A stretch of 32,000 nt of DNA from Candidatus Saganbacteria bacterium. GTDB lineage: Bacteria > Margulisbacteria > WOR-1 > JAKLHX01. Position numbers and translations under genes: made by a program. Below the pieces are notes generated by a model. That model made no database searches, was not told where the DNA came from, and saw only the letters and a program-made list of their open reading frames with translations. Numbering within the stretch: position 1 is the first letter of the stretch; every line of letters starts with the position of its first letter. The stretch lies in the NCBI GenBank assembly GCA_026387835.1, contig JAPLKZ010000005.1, forward strand, positions 30,001 to 62,000, given 5' to 3'. Below are positions 24,523 through 32,000 of the stretch, piece after piece.

Positions 24523-24590
24523 AAATGTAAATGAAATGAAAATCTCAAGAGTTTTCTGCTAAAGACCCTGCCTCGCGGCCAAATTTCAGA

Positions 24591-24619
24591 TTGAACCGGT
24601 AACGATCATATTATATAAT
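24591..24619 (+). promoter_or_regulatory. sigma-70-type promoter candidate TTGAAC-N17-TATAAT
   Basis: -35 at 24591-24596 and -10 at 24614-24619, followed by AAGGAGG and ATG 24651. Confidence 0.45.
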
Positions 24620-24650
24620 CAATTATCATGATCTGACAAGGAGGACCTGG

Positions 24651-25698
24651 ATGAAAAAACTGTCTTATTTTGTTTTGGCGCTTTATTTCTTTGCCGCTCT
24701 GCTCCTTTGTTCCCATGCCGCGATAAAAACGGCTTTTGTCTCTGAGTTCGAAGGCGGCAAGCTTTATAAAGCGGGAGCGATAAACGTTGTGGTGATGAAG
24801 GGTAATTTCAGGCAGATGGGCAGGCAGTACGGAGCCCTTTTGAAAAGTGAAATGAACGAGTTCTATGATCTGGCCGTGACAAAGACCCTGATAGGGGAGA
24901 AAAAAGCTCCATACAAAGAACTGCTGGAAATGTGCAAAGAAGCTTTAGACCGCAATCCCTATTACGTGAAAGAATGGGTCCGCGGTATGAGTGAGACATC
25001 GGGTCTGGGACTTGAAAAGCAGATTATCGTCAGCGAGGCTCTCGGCGCAATTATCATGGCGCCGGCCGGCTCCTGCTCCGGAATGATCGCCTGGAAAGAT
25101 TATTCGCGCGGCGGCTCGACCGTTGCGGGAAGGAACTGGGATCTCGGGACTATGGCTATAATCCCTTACCAGAAATTCCTGACAGTGAATGAATTCAAAT
25201 TCCGCACTTATGTCCATGATGCTTGACTCCAGCACAATAGATCAGGCCGATGCTTTTTTCGATGCCGTCAGACCGCAGGGAGGTCTAATAATCAACGTCG
25301 CGGATGCCAAAAAAGCTTACTGCTATGAATGGGCGACCTCGGATTACCGCAGGAGAGTGGACGATGAGAAGGGGCTTGTCGCGGATTCGAACGATTTTAT
25401 CGCTGCTTCCTGGCCGGTAGCAAGGGATCTGCCGGACGGAAAGGCCGCGGGGTTCACCAAGGAAAGGCGTCTAAATCTTTTTGCAATGGGAAAAAAGAAT
25501 AAGGGCAGCATCGATGCCAAAAAGATGATGGAGATATTTGATAAAACCATCCCTGAAGGCGGCCCGAGCTTCGATAAGGCCAGCGGGTTAAAAACATATT
25601 ACACGATCGTCGCTATTCCCAAAGACCTGAAGATCTGGCTGAATGTCAGGGACTTTCAGGGATGGACGGAGATAGACCTGAAAAATTATTTTGAATAA
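24651..25698 (+). pseudogene. C45-family Ntn acyltransferase/peptidase (isopenicillin-N acyltransferase-like), split into two frames
   Basis: ORF 24651-25226 carries a signal peptide, GNFRQMGRQYGALLKSE and the nucleophile region GSCSGMIAW...GRNWD. ORF 25189-25698, in the +1 frame, carries the C-terminal half (TIDQADAFFDAVRPQGGLIINVADAKKAYCYEW...SNDF). The segment between GRNWD and the C-terminal half looks shorter than I expect for the family. Confidence 0.55.
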
Positions 25699-26900
25699 TG
25701 GCTAAATACGCTATTGCTGCTCTGACAATATTTATTTGCCTGGTGGCGGGATGTGCAAATAGAACACAGACTGGTCTTGATAATCCGGATCTCGACAATA
25801 TGGTCAAAACGCAGTGGGCAAACTATGCCAGCAGCAAACCAACCTGGGAAGGAGAAGTGTCTATCTATATCACGACCCCCAAGGGCAATTATTTTTCCGC
25901 CAGCAACCTTGGAAGCGGCGCAGGCAGCAAAGTCCACTTCCGCGGGGCAAGCACTACAAAAACCTTTACAGCCGCTTCTATAATGCTGCTTCAACAGCAG
26001 GGAAAACTTAACATAGATGATAAAATAACAGATCTGATCCCGGGCTCCAGCGAGCCTTATGTGCCAAATACGGCAAACTATGCTATCCCTTACAAAGACA
26101 AGATCACGATAAGGATGATACTCAAACACCGCGCGGGAATATGGGACATCAGTAATTCCGACATACCGGCGACATCAGAAGTGCCGTACGCCGGCCAAAA
26201 TTATGTAAGTTATATCGAGAGATCTGACTGCGTTCATACCTTTACTTTTGATGAACTGGTCGGAGTCGTGGCGATAAACAAACTGAGTTATTTTGTTCCG
26301 GACAGCGCATACCATTACAGCGATACCGGCTATTCCATATTAGGCAAGATCATTGAGAGGGTGTCAGGACAAAGCTACGATCAATTTATCCGGAAGAATT
26401 TTTTAGAAACAAATGGTCTGAATGAAACCTATTTTCCAAAGCTCGGCAACCAGACAACATTGCCGGAACCCTTTGCCAGGGGCTATTCCTATGGGGGAGG
26501 TATAGTTTTAGAAACGACCGAGGATAATATGTCTCCCCACGTCGCCGAGGGGAATGTTATCTCAACGGATGCGGACCTGGCCGTTTGGATCAGGCGTCTT
26601 ATGAGGGGAGAAGCGGGACTGAAGGCTTCTACCGTCCAAATGATGACGGAAGGAACAAAAGGCAAAAAATACGGACTGGGAATATCTTATGTCCCGGGAT
26701 TGGGATACGGACATGACGGAGGCCATGCCGGTTACGCGACTGTTGTCAAATATGATCCGGTCCAGGACGTTACAGTAGTGATGTCCGCTTCTGTTATAAA
26801 CTTTGGTGATCTGGTCCCTTACTATGACTTCTTGCATGATCTCGGCCGCAAAGCGAAAAATATCCTCGGTTATTCAACTGCGGAGGCGAGCCCGCTTTAG
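25698..26900 (+). CDS. serine hydrolase, beta-lactamase/DD-peptidase (class C-like) family lipoprotein
   Basis: Lipobox LVAG-C. S-x-x-K is ASTTKTF. Second motif YSDTGY, third motif HDGGHAG. The start overlaps the upstream stop (TAATG). Confidence 0.85.
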   Translation: MAKYAIAALTIFICLVAGCANRTQTGLDNPDLDNMVKTQWANYASSKPTWEGEVSIYITTPKGNYFSASNLGSGAGSKVHFRGASTTKTFTAASIMLLQQQGKLNIDDKITDLIPGSSEPYVPNTANYAIPYKDKITIRMILKHRAGIWDISNSDIPATSEVPYAGQNYVSYIERSDCVHTFTFDELVGVVAINKLSYFVPDSAYHYSDTGYSILGKIIERVSGQSYDQFIRKNFLETNGLNETYFPKLGNQTTLPEPFARGYSYGGGIVLETTEDNMSPHVAEGNVISTDADLAVWIRRLMRGEAGLKASTVQMMTEGTKGKKYGLGISYVPGLGYGHDGGHAGYATVVKYDPVQDVTVVMSASVINFGDLVPYYDFLHDLGRKAKNILGYSTAEASPL

Positions 26901-27090
26901 CATGAAAAAGACCGCTAAGGTCATATATTTTTGTCACTAAGCAGACGACCTCCGTGCAGCAGATGCAGTGGATGAACGAGTTCTTTAAAAAATATAAACT
27001 GGAAGATTACTGGGAAGAGTGAGACGACATTAGAGTTTTTACGCTTTTCCCTTTCGTGATAGAATATTCTTGACAGGAGATCAATCTAAT

Positions 27091-27621
27091 ATGGAAACCT
27101 ATCTTAACGCTTTTCTCAGTGCATCCGCACATTACGCGCCGAATATAATCGCGGCGATAGTCATTTATATCTTAGGCCGGTGGGTGGCTTCGATCGCGGC
27201 GAAGATGACAGAAAGAATACTGACCGTCCAGAAGATCAACCTGACCTTTGTCTCATTCGTAAAGAACACGGCCTATTACGGGATCATGACCTTTGTCGTG
27301 ATCATCATCCTGAACAAGCTCGGGGTGGAGACGACTTCCTTTCTCGCGATCCTGGGCGCAGCCGGCCTGGCCGTTGCCCTGGCCCTTCAGGGATCGCTCT
27401 CGAACTTTGCCGCAGGTGTCATGATAATATTTTTTCAGCCTTTTAACATAGGGGACTATATAGAAGCGGCAGGGGCCTCTGGTGTCGGAGGGGTCCAGGG
27501 CAGGGTAGATGAGATACAGATATTCAATACCATCATGTCCAACGGGAATAAAAAAATGATCGTGCCCAACTCAAAGATAACTGCTGATATAATAACGATA
27601 CACGCCGACAAAAAAGGCTGA
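27091..27621 (+). CDS. short MscS-family mechanosensitive channel-like protein
   Basis: ATG 27091 (the ORF-track start 27070 is a TTG). Three TM helices, with the pore helix GAAGLAVALALQGSLSNFAAGVMIIFFQPFNIGDYI, then the start of the beta domain (VDEIQIFNTIMSNGNKKMIVPNSKI). It ends at about 176 aa with no C-terminal alpha/beta domain. Confidence 0.7.
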   Translation: METYLNAFLSASAHYAPNIIAAIVIYILGRWVASIAAKMTERILTVQKINLTFVSFVKNTAYYGIMTFVVIIILNKLGVETTSFLAILGAAGLAVALALQGSLSNFAAGVMIIFFQPFNIGDYIEAAGASGVGGVQGRVDEIQIFNTIMSNGNKKMIVPNSKITADIITIHADKKG

Positions 27622-27648
27622 TTCCATTTTTAAAAAGGAGAAAAGATA

Positions 27649-28725
27649 GTGAAGAAATTATTTATTCTGATCTTTTCGGTTTGTCTTTTAATCCCGTCGA
27701 CAGCGTCCGCCTGCACAGATTTTGTGGTCAAGGCAAAAGATAATACGGTCGTCAACGGCCGCTCCATGGAATTTCCGATCGACCTCAAATCCGAGATCCT
27801 GATCATTCCCAGAGGAATTCAACACACGTGCGCAGATAAAAAAGGGATCAGAGGTTCCAATTGGACGTCTAAATACGGTTTCTTGGGCATCAACGCATTC
27901 GGGCTTAAAGATTGTTTTGTTGAAGGGTTCAATGAGAAGGGGCTGGCTGTGGGAGGACTGATGTTCGGCGATGCAAAGTACCAGAAAGCGGCCCCGGGCA
28001 AATTTGTCCCGGTTGATTCTCTGGCCGCATGGATCCTGGGGAACTTTGCAACGGTAGATGATGTAAAGGCGGCGCTTCCTACAGTAACGGTCTGCGATAC
28101 TGACGTTAAGAAACTTAAAAGTCTGGGAATGCACATCGCAGTTCATGATGCCACAGGGAAAAATCTTGTGATCGAATTCATCGGCGGGCAAATAAAAGTA
28201 TATGACAACCCCCTTGGCGTTATGACCAACAGTCCTGACTTTCCCTGGCAGATGACCAATCTAAGGAACTATATCAATCTTGATTCCCTCAATAGAGCGC
28301 CAAAGACATTGAACAGCGTAAGGATCGAGCCGACAGGGGTTGGCAGCGGATTGCTTGGACTTCCGGGGGATTGGACCCCGCCTTCCCGCTTTGTCCGCAT
28401 GGCTATCTGCAAGGATACCGCTCTCAAGCCCGGGAATGCAAAAGAAGCAGTAAATCTTGCGGAACATTTGTTGAATATGGTGGATATTCCCAAAGGAGCG
28501 ATCAAAGAAAAACCAGAGTCTTTCATCACTATGTACGGTTACGCCCAATGGGTGCTGATAAAAGACTTAACAAACAAAGTGCTTTATTACAAGACCTATG
28601 ATAATTCAGCATGGAAATCCGTTGACCTTAAAAAATTCGATCTAAAACCCGGGGCGGCAATAAGATCCATTGCTATAGACAGCAACATCCTGTCGGTTAC
28701 AGATGTAAGCGGACAGCTGAAATAG
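27649..28725 (+). CDS. choloylglycine hydrolase / penicillin V acylase family (linear amide C-N hydrolase, Ntn)
   Basis: GTG start after AAAGGAG. The signal peptide ends ...STASA and is followed directly by Cys (CTDFVVKAKDNTVVNGRSMEF), the Ntn nucleophile arrangement of this family. Confidence 0.85.
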   Translation: MKKLFILIFSVCLLIPSTASACTDFVVKAKDNTVVNGRSMEFPIDLKSEILIIPRGIQHTCADKKGIRGSNWTSKYGFLGINAFGLKDCFVEGFNEKGLAVGGLMFGDAKYQKAAPGKFVPVDSLAAWILGNFATVDDVKAALPTVTVCDTDVKKLKSLGMHIAVHDATGKNLVIEFIGGQIKVYDNPLGVMTNSPDFPWQMTNLRNYINLDSLNRAPKTLNSVRIEPTGVGSGLLGLPGDWTPPSRFVRMAICKDTALKPGNAKEAVNLAEHLLNMVDIPKGAIKEKPESFITMYGYAQWVLIKDLTNKVLYYKTYDNSAWKSVDLKKFDLKPGAAIRSIAIDSNILSVTDVSGQLK

Positions 28726-28747
28726 CATTCATCAATAACTTCGTGTC

Positions 28748-29917
28748 TTAATGGCAGTGATGGCAGTGCTCTCCTTCTTCGGGAAGAGGGTTGTCCATTT
28801 CTTTGAGCATAGCGGGCCCTCCCGTTTTCAGGAACCTGAAAAGCATCACTAATGATAGAAGGATGAAGATGATGTTCAGGACCGTCGTATAATTGAAAGT
28901 TATCATCATGTGCATCGCTTCAAAGTTCCGTCTTGCCGGTATAAGGTTAAAATATCCGAATATCATCTCTACCAGAAATCCGGCAAGCGCCATGGCGGCG
29001 TATGAAGTGAAGAAAAGAAATACCATCATCCTGCTGCCGTAGTATTTCCTGTAAATGTTGAGTATTGGTATGATCAAGAGGTCCGCGAAAATAAAGGATA
29101 TGACCCCGCCAAAACTGATGCCTCCCGCCCAGAGGATCGCGGCAAGAGGGACATTGCCGATCGAGCAGACGAATGAGAGCATGGAGACGAGCGGCCCGAT
29201 AAGAGGGCCCCAGAGTTTTGCGAGAAGATCGTTATTTGAAAAGAAAAACGACTGCCAGAAATTATCGGGCACGCAGACTGCCAGGACACTGGCGATGCCA
29301 AGTCCGAGCAGGATATCTTTCCAGAGCGAGTACCAGTCCATGAAGAAATAATGTGTTGTTGCGGTATAGCCCTTTGATGAGAACATCCTCTGAAAAATGC
29401 TACCTTCCGAAAGCGACATATCCATAGCCGCATGGCCTTCCATGGAGCCGGGCAGTCTTTTATTTGCCTGAACAAAAGCCTCGTCGACCATCTGTTTTTT
29501 CAGGAATATCCTGAACAGCAAAGCAAGCGTTATTATCATCAGCGGCCCGCCGACGAACTCCGCAAGGGTGAACTGCCAGCCGAGGAGGACTGCCATGATG
29601 ATGCCGAGCTCAAGCACGAGGTTCGTGGATGCGAATTCAAAAGCGATCGTAGCCGTGAAGTTCGCGCCCTTGCGGAACATGGACCTGGCGATTGCGGTTG
29701 CCGCATAAGAACAGGAGGAAGATGCCGCGCCCAAGCCGGCCGCAATGGTAAGGGTCTTAGGCGAATTGTCCGGAAGAAGCTTTGCCATTTCTTTTTTGGA
29801 CACGATTGCCTGTATCAACGCGGAGATACCGAACCCGAGTATCAGCGCCCACAGGATCTCCCAGAACATCGCGAACAGATAAAAAATAAACTGGAGGACT
29901 TTATCTATTGCCATCAT
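28748..29917 (-). CDS. COG0701/UPF0718-type permease with C-terminal Cys/His tail
   Basis: Polytopic membrane protein. Family-like Cys motifs GAASSSCSYAA and SFVCSIGNVPLAAILW. C-terminus EEGEHCHHCH. The start is probably the ATG pair at 29917/29914; the ORF is open to 29959. Confidence 0.7.
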   Translation of the reverse strand: MMAIDKVLQFIFYLFAMFWEILWALILGFGISALIQAIVSKKEMAKLLPDNSPKTLTIAAGLGAASSSCSYAATAIARSMFRKGANFTATIAFEFASTNLVLELGIIMAVLLGWQFTLAEFVGGPLMIITLALLFRIFLKKQMVDEAFVQANKRLPGSMEGHAAMDMSLSEGSIFQRMFSSKGYTATTHYFFMDWYSLWKDILLGLGIASVLAVCVPDNFWQSFFFSNNDLLAKLWGPLIGPLVSMLSFVCSIGNVPLAAILWAGGISFGGVISFIFADLLIIPILNIYRKYYGSRMMVFLFFTSYAAMALAGFLVEMIFGYFNLIPARRNFEAMHMMITFNYTTVLNIIFILLSLVMLFRFLKTGGPAMLKEMDNPLPEEGEHCHHCH

Positions 29918-29984
29918 ATAGATAATAATATAATACTGATGACCGGTCAATCGTATCATGTTAGAATATGTTTAACTTAAGATC

Positions 29985-30566
29985 ATGAAAAGAAACCTGT
30001 TTATATCATTATTGCTTTTATGCCTGATCTGTCCTTCCGCTATCGCTGAGGGTAAAAGTCTTTCTTTCGGGATCGGTATCCCGCATTTCGTAAGCGGCTA
30101 TTATCTTATGAAAGCCGGCAGGGGCCTTGAGCTGGGATACGGCGCAGGAGGTCTTTATATCCCGCCGATGAAACAGGCCTGCGGCGCGGATGTCATGATA
30201 AACGGGCTGAACATAGAAGCGATGCTGAGGAAATATATCATCAGTGATCTCTTTGCCGGTGCCAGGGTGGGATATCAGATATTTACGGCGCATTCTATAC
30301 AGGAGGTCAATCCGCCTTTCTATGATTCGACCATCGGCCTGCGGGGCTTCTATCTGACGCCGTCGATCGGATACAATTTCAGGCTGAAAGGCTTCTCGAT
30401 CATACCCGAGGTCGGGGTCCAGATACCTCTGGCATTTGAAAAATATGAAACAAAGGTAGGGCCCGGAGACCTGGAACCTTCGGTGAAGCAGGTTGTTAAT
30501 GACAACATCAACAGAATGAATGCGGCCATGCCTTTTATCCAGATAAATTTCGGTTTTGCTTTTTAA
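29985..30566 (+). CDS. putative small outer-membrane beta-barrel protein
   Basis: Signal peptide (CPSAIA-EG). Alternating hydrophobic/Gly-rich strands. The C-terminal ...INFGFAF ends in Phe, like an OMP beta-signal. No family recognised. Confidence 0.45.
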   Translation: MKRNLFISLLLLCLICPSAIAEGKSLSFGIGIPHFVSGYYLMKAGRGLELGYGAGGLYIPPMKQACGADVMINGLNIEAMLRKYIISDLFAGARVGYQIFTAHSIQEVNPPFYDSTIGLRGFYLTPSIGYNFRLKGFSIIPEVGVQIPLAFEKYETKVGPGDLEPSVKQVVNDNINRMNAAMPFIQINFGFAF

Positions 30567-30605
30567 GGCGATAAAGTCTTAAAATTAATCCAAGCAAATA
30601 CCCTG

Positions 30606-30634
30606 TTGATTTCTAAGACAGCCCGTGTTATCAT
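30606..30634 (+). promoter_or_regulatory. sigma-70-type promoter candidate TTGATT-N17-TATCAT
   Basis: -35 at 30606-30611 and -10 at 30629-30634. This would give a leader of about 115-120 nt before ATG 30759. Confidence 0.35.
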
Positions 30635-30758
30635 ATAGAAGTCGGGATTAATGATTGAGAATTAAAAAGGTCTCTGCTTCTTTTTGTGAGTGTCACCACG
30701 CAAACTGGTCCACTAAATCATTATTCAGCAGAAAAATCTAACAAAGGAGTTTTTATAC

Positions 30759-31055
30759 ATGAAAAGCATATTCGTAGGTAACCTTCCCTGGTCAGCCACG
30801 GACGCGGAAATGACGGAAAAATTTTCCCAGTTCGGCAACGTGATATCGGCCAGAATAGTGAACGATAAGTTCACCGGAAAGTCGCGCGGATTTGGTTTTG
30901 TTGATATGGAAGACGCGGATGCCGCAAAAGCTATAGCCGGGATGACCGGTTACAAGTGGGGCGACCGTGAACTGACAGTCAATGAAGGCAGACCCAAGAC
31001 CGACCGCCCGAGAGACGGCGGCGGCGGCGAAAGACGTTCATTCAACAGATATTAA
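30759..31055 (+). CDS. RRM-type RNA-binding protein with Gly/Arg tail
   Basis: RNP2 IFVGNL, RNP1 RGFGFVDM, C-terminal RPRDGGGGERR. Strong SD (AAAGGAG). Confidence 0.9.
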   Translation: MKSIFVGNLPWSATDAEMTEKFSQFGNVISARIVNDKFTGKSRGFGFVDMEDADAAKAIAGMTGYKWGDRELTVNEGRPKTDRPRDGGGGERRSFNRY

Positions 31056-31077
31056 TTTTAGTATCTTAGATTGATCC

Positions 31078-31107
31078 AGACCCCTGCTTCGGCAGGGGTC
31101 TTTTTTT
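31078..31107 (+). terminator. intrinsic terminator
   Basis: AGACCCCTGC-TTCG-GCAGGGGTCT, a 10-bp perfect stem with a tetraloop, followed by TTTTTT. It begins 22 nt after the RRM gene stop. Confidence 0.85.
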
Positions 31108-31128
31108 ATCAGATGCAGCGAAAACCTC

Positions 31129-31156
31129 TTGACAAGAATTAATATAGTGGTATATT
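31129..31156 (+). promoter_or_regulatory. near-consensus sigma-70 promoter TTGACA-N16-(TGg)TATATT
   Basis: -35 TTGACA at 31129-31134. Extended -10 TG at 31148-31149 and TATATT at 31151-31156, 22 nt upstream of ATG 31179. Confidence 0.5.
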
Positions 31157-31178
31157 AATAATCACAAAGGAAATATAT

Positions 31179-32000
31179 ATGAAAACAAAAAAAGGTCTAT
31201 ATGTATTTTTTGCTTTCCTCCTGATCGCTCAACTCGGCATTTTTATTTACGGCTGCGGACAGACAAAACAATCATCGGGACCCACAGGCTCAATGTCCAG
31301 CACAAGCGCACTTTCTGTTGTGGTCAAAGACGCAGCTACCGGTTCGATAGTGCCGATGAGCTCAGTCTTTGTCAGCAAATCAAGTGTCACTCCGAGCTCG
31401 CGATTGCATACATCCTCGTCCAGTGACTGGGTAGAGGTCAAGGCCACCGACATGGGCATTGCGGACGTGTCTGACCTGAAAACCGACGCTTCAACGATGC
31501 TCAAAGTGGTAAAGGACGGCTATAAAGAATACGACAAGGTGGTGGATGCTGGGAAATCCATTACAGGCTATACAATTGAAATAGTAAAGACAACAGAGGC
31601 CACGGCAACACCTAAAGACACGGCATTCGATCCGACTTCGTCCGGGGGTTCTTCTACTTTGTATGCCTGCTCCAGCGTTTCCACATGCATGAGCTGCGGA
31701 TGTAATCCTGATTCGTCCATCGCTTGCGGAGGCGCGTGCGGCTGCACTGACAGTTCAACAAGCTGTAAAGGCGGAAAATGCAAAACAAGCGCTGCCGGAG
31801 GGGCAGGGACTTCAAGCTTCGGAAAATGTACGGATGCAGGATGTCCCACGGGATGTAAAAATTGCGGGGCTTGCGCCTGCACTTCCGCAGGAGGCTGCGG
31901 AGGATCTTCAAATTGCCCTATTAAAACATATACCGGAGGCGGAGGCAGCAGTGAATCCAGCGGAGCCTGTGCCGACAGTTTCTGCCCGACAGGATGCAAG
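31179..32000 (+). CDS. lipoprotein with a beta-sandwich-like N-domain and an extremely Cys-rich C-terminal region (partial, runs off window)
   Basis: My own translation gives 274 codons with no stop from ATG 31179 to the window end. It is absent from the supplied ORF track, presumably because no stop lies in the window. Signal peptide plus lipobox (IFIYG-C). The segment LSVVVKDAATGSIV...LKVVKDGYKEYDKVV resembles a carboxypeptidase-regulatory/PEGA-type domain. From aa 164 on I count 20 Cys in 111 residues, with CPTGCK occurring twice. Confidence 0.7.
   Translation, partial: MKTKKGLYVFFAFLLIAQLGIFIYGCGQTKQSSGPTGSMSSTSALSVVVKDAATGSIVPMSSVFVSKSSVTPSSRLHTSSSSDWVEVKATDMGIADVSDLKTDASTMLKVVKDGYKEYDKVVDAGKSITGYTIEIVKTTEATATPKDTAFDPTSSGGSSTLYACSSVSTCMSCGCNPDSSIACGGACGCTDSSTSCKGGKCKTSAAGGAGTSSFGKCTDAGCPTGCKNCGACACTSAGGCGGSSNCPIKTYTGGGGSSESSGACADSFCPTGCK

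Noticed and set aside
25189-25226. Programmed +1 frameshift joining the two C45 ORFs
   Set aside because: The 38-nt overlap contains no slippery or hungry-codon motif and no downstream structure. The family segment around the junction looks partly missing, which favours a deletion or pseudogene, or an assembly error.
26903-27022. 39-codon open frame ending ...QQMQWMNEFFKKYKLEDYWEE, possibly a C-terminal gene remnant between the serine hydrolase and the MscS-like gene
   Set aside because: There is no start or SD context and no family I can recognise. It is too short to support, although it could be checked by tBLASTn.
27688-28191. 167-aa minus-strand ORF
   Set aside because: It is antisense to the choloylglycine-hydrolase-family gene, whose Ntn Cys/signal peptide arrangement is diagnostic.
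29432-29980. 182-aa + strand ORF
   Set aside because: It is antisense to the polytopic permease gene. The product is Arg/Glu-rich and non-membrane with no motifs.
31568-31999. 143-aa and 85-aa minus-strand ORFs (Pro/Ala/Gln-rich), the only ORFs the track lists here
   Set aside because: They are antisense to the uninterrupted + strand lipoprotein ORF (31179 to the window end), which has a promoter, signal peptide and lipobox. The Pro-rich antisense product is the expected mirror of Cys/Gly/Ala codons.
1-32000. Scan of the whole window for CRISPR arrays, tRNA/rRNA genes, IS transposases, integrases, phage genes, toxin-antitoxin pairs and known defence systems
   Set aside because: I saw no regularly spaced direct repeats, no tRNA-like cloverleaf candidates and no recombinase or transposase motifs in any ORF. 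The only repeat structure found is the inverted-repeat pair around the DUF559 gene.

Overview
By gene content this window looks like chromosomal DNA from a diderm (LPS-making) bacterium. I cannot assign taxonomy without a search. A DUF3084-like protein, an RRM-type RNA-binding protein and a full Lpt set are reminiscent of cyanobacteria-related or other deep-branching diderm lineages. I recognised no rRNA, tRNA, CRISPR array, transposase, integrase or phage genes. Layout: (1) 41-2126: an orphan hypothetical, a TrpG/PabA amidotransferase, and a DUF559 (Vsr-fold) endonuclease gene framed by long inverted repeats. (2) 2178-9109 (+): an envelope operon femX-like, murE, lptD-like, lipoprotein, lnt. 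(3) 14380-9072 (-): a tightly packed seven-gene string CARDB protein, lipoprotein, trpD, lptB, lptF/G, DUF3084-like, YqgF-like nuclease. (4) 14506-21395 (+): ECF sigma, putative anti-sigma, CpxP/Spy-like protein, a lipoprotein with four Ig-like repeats, then tolC-macA-macB. The same GGAAC-N17/18-GTCTA motif lies in front of both the sigma gene and tolC. (5) 21444-28725: DUF2892, a small orphan ORF, and a cluster of secreted hydrolases (type-B carboxylesterase, a split C45 Ntn acyltransferase, a class-C-like serine hydrolase, a choloylglycine/penicillin-V-acylase-family hydrolase), interrupted by engB and a short MscS-like gene. (6) 28748-32000: a COG0701-type permease with a Cys/His tail, a small putative beta-barrel protein, an RRM protein with a clean terminator, and a Cys-rich lipoprotein gene that runs off the window and is missing from the supplied ORF track. 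I found no recognisable defence or secretion system. The best leads are the DUF559 inverted-repeat cassette abutting trpG, the ECF promoter motif linking the sigma operon to the efflux operon, the femX-murE pair with a non-DNPR specificity motif, the lipoprotein coupled to lptD, and the Cys-rich lipoprotein at the window edge. All functional calls rest on motifs I recognise by eye; no searches were run.
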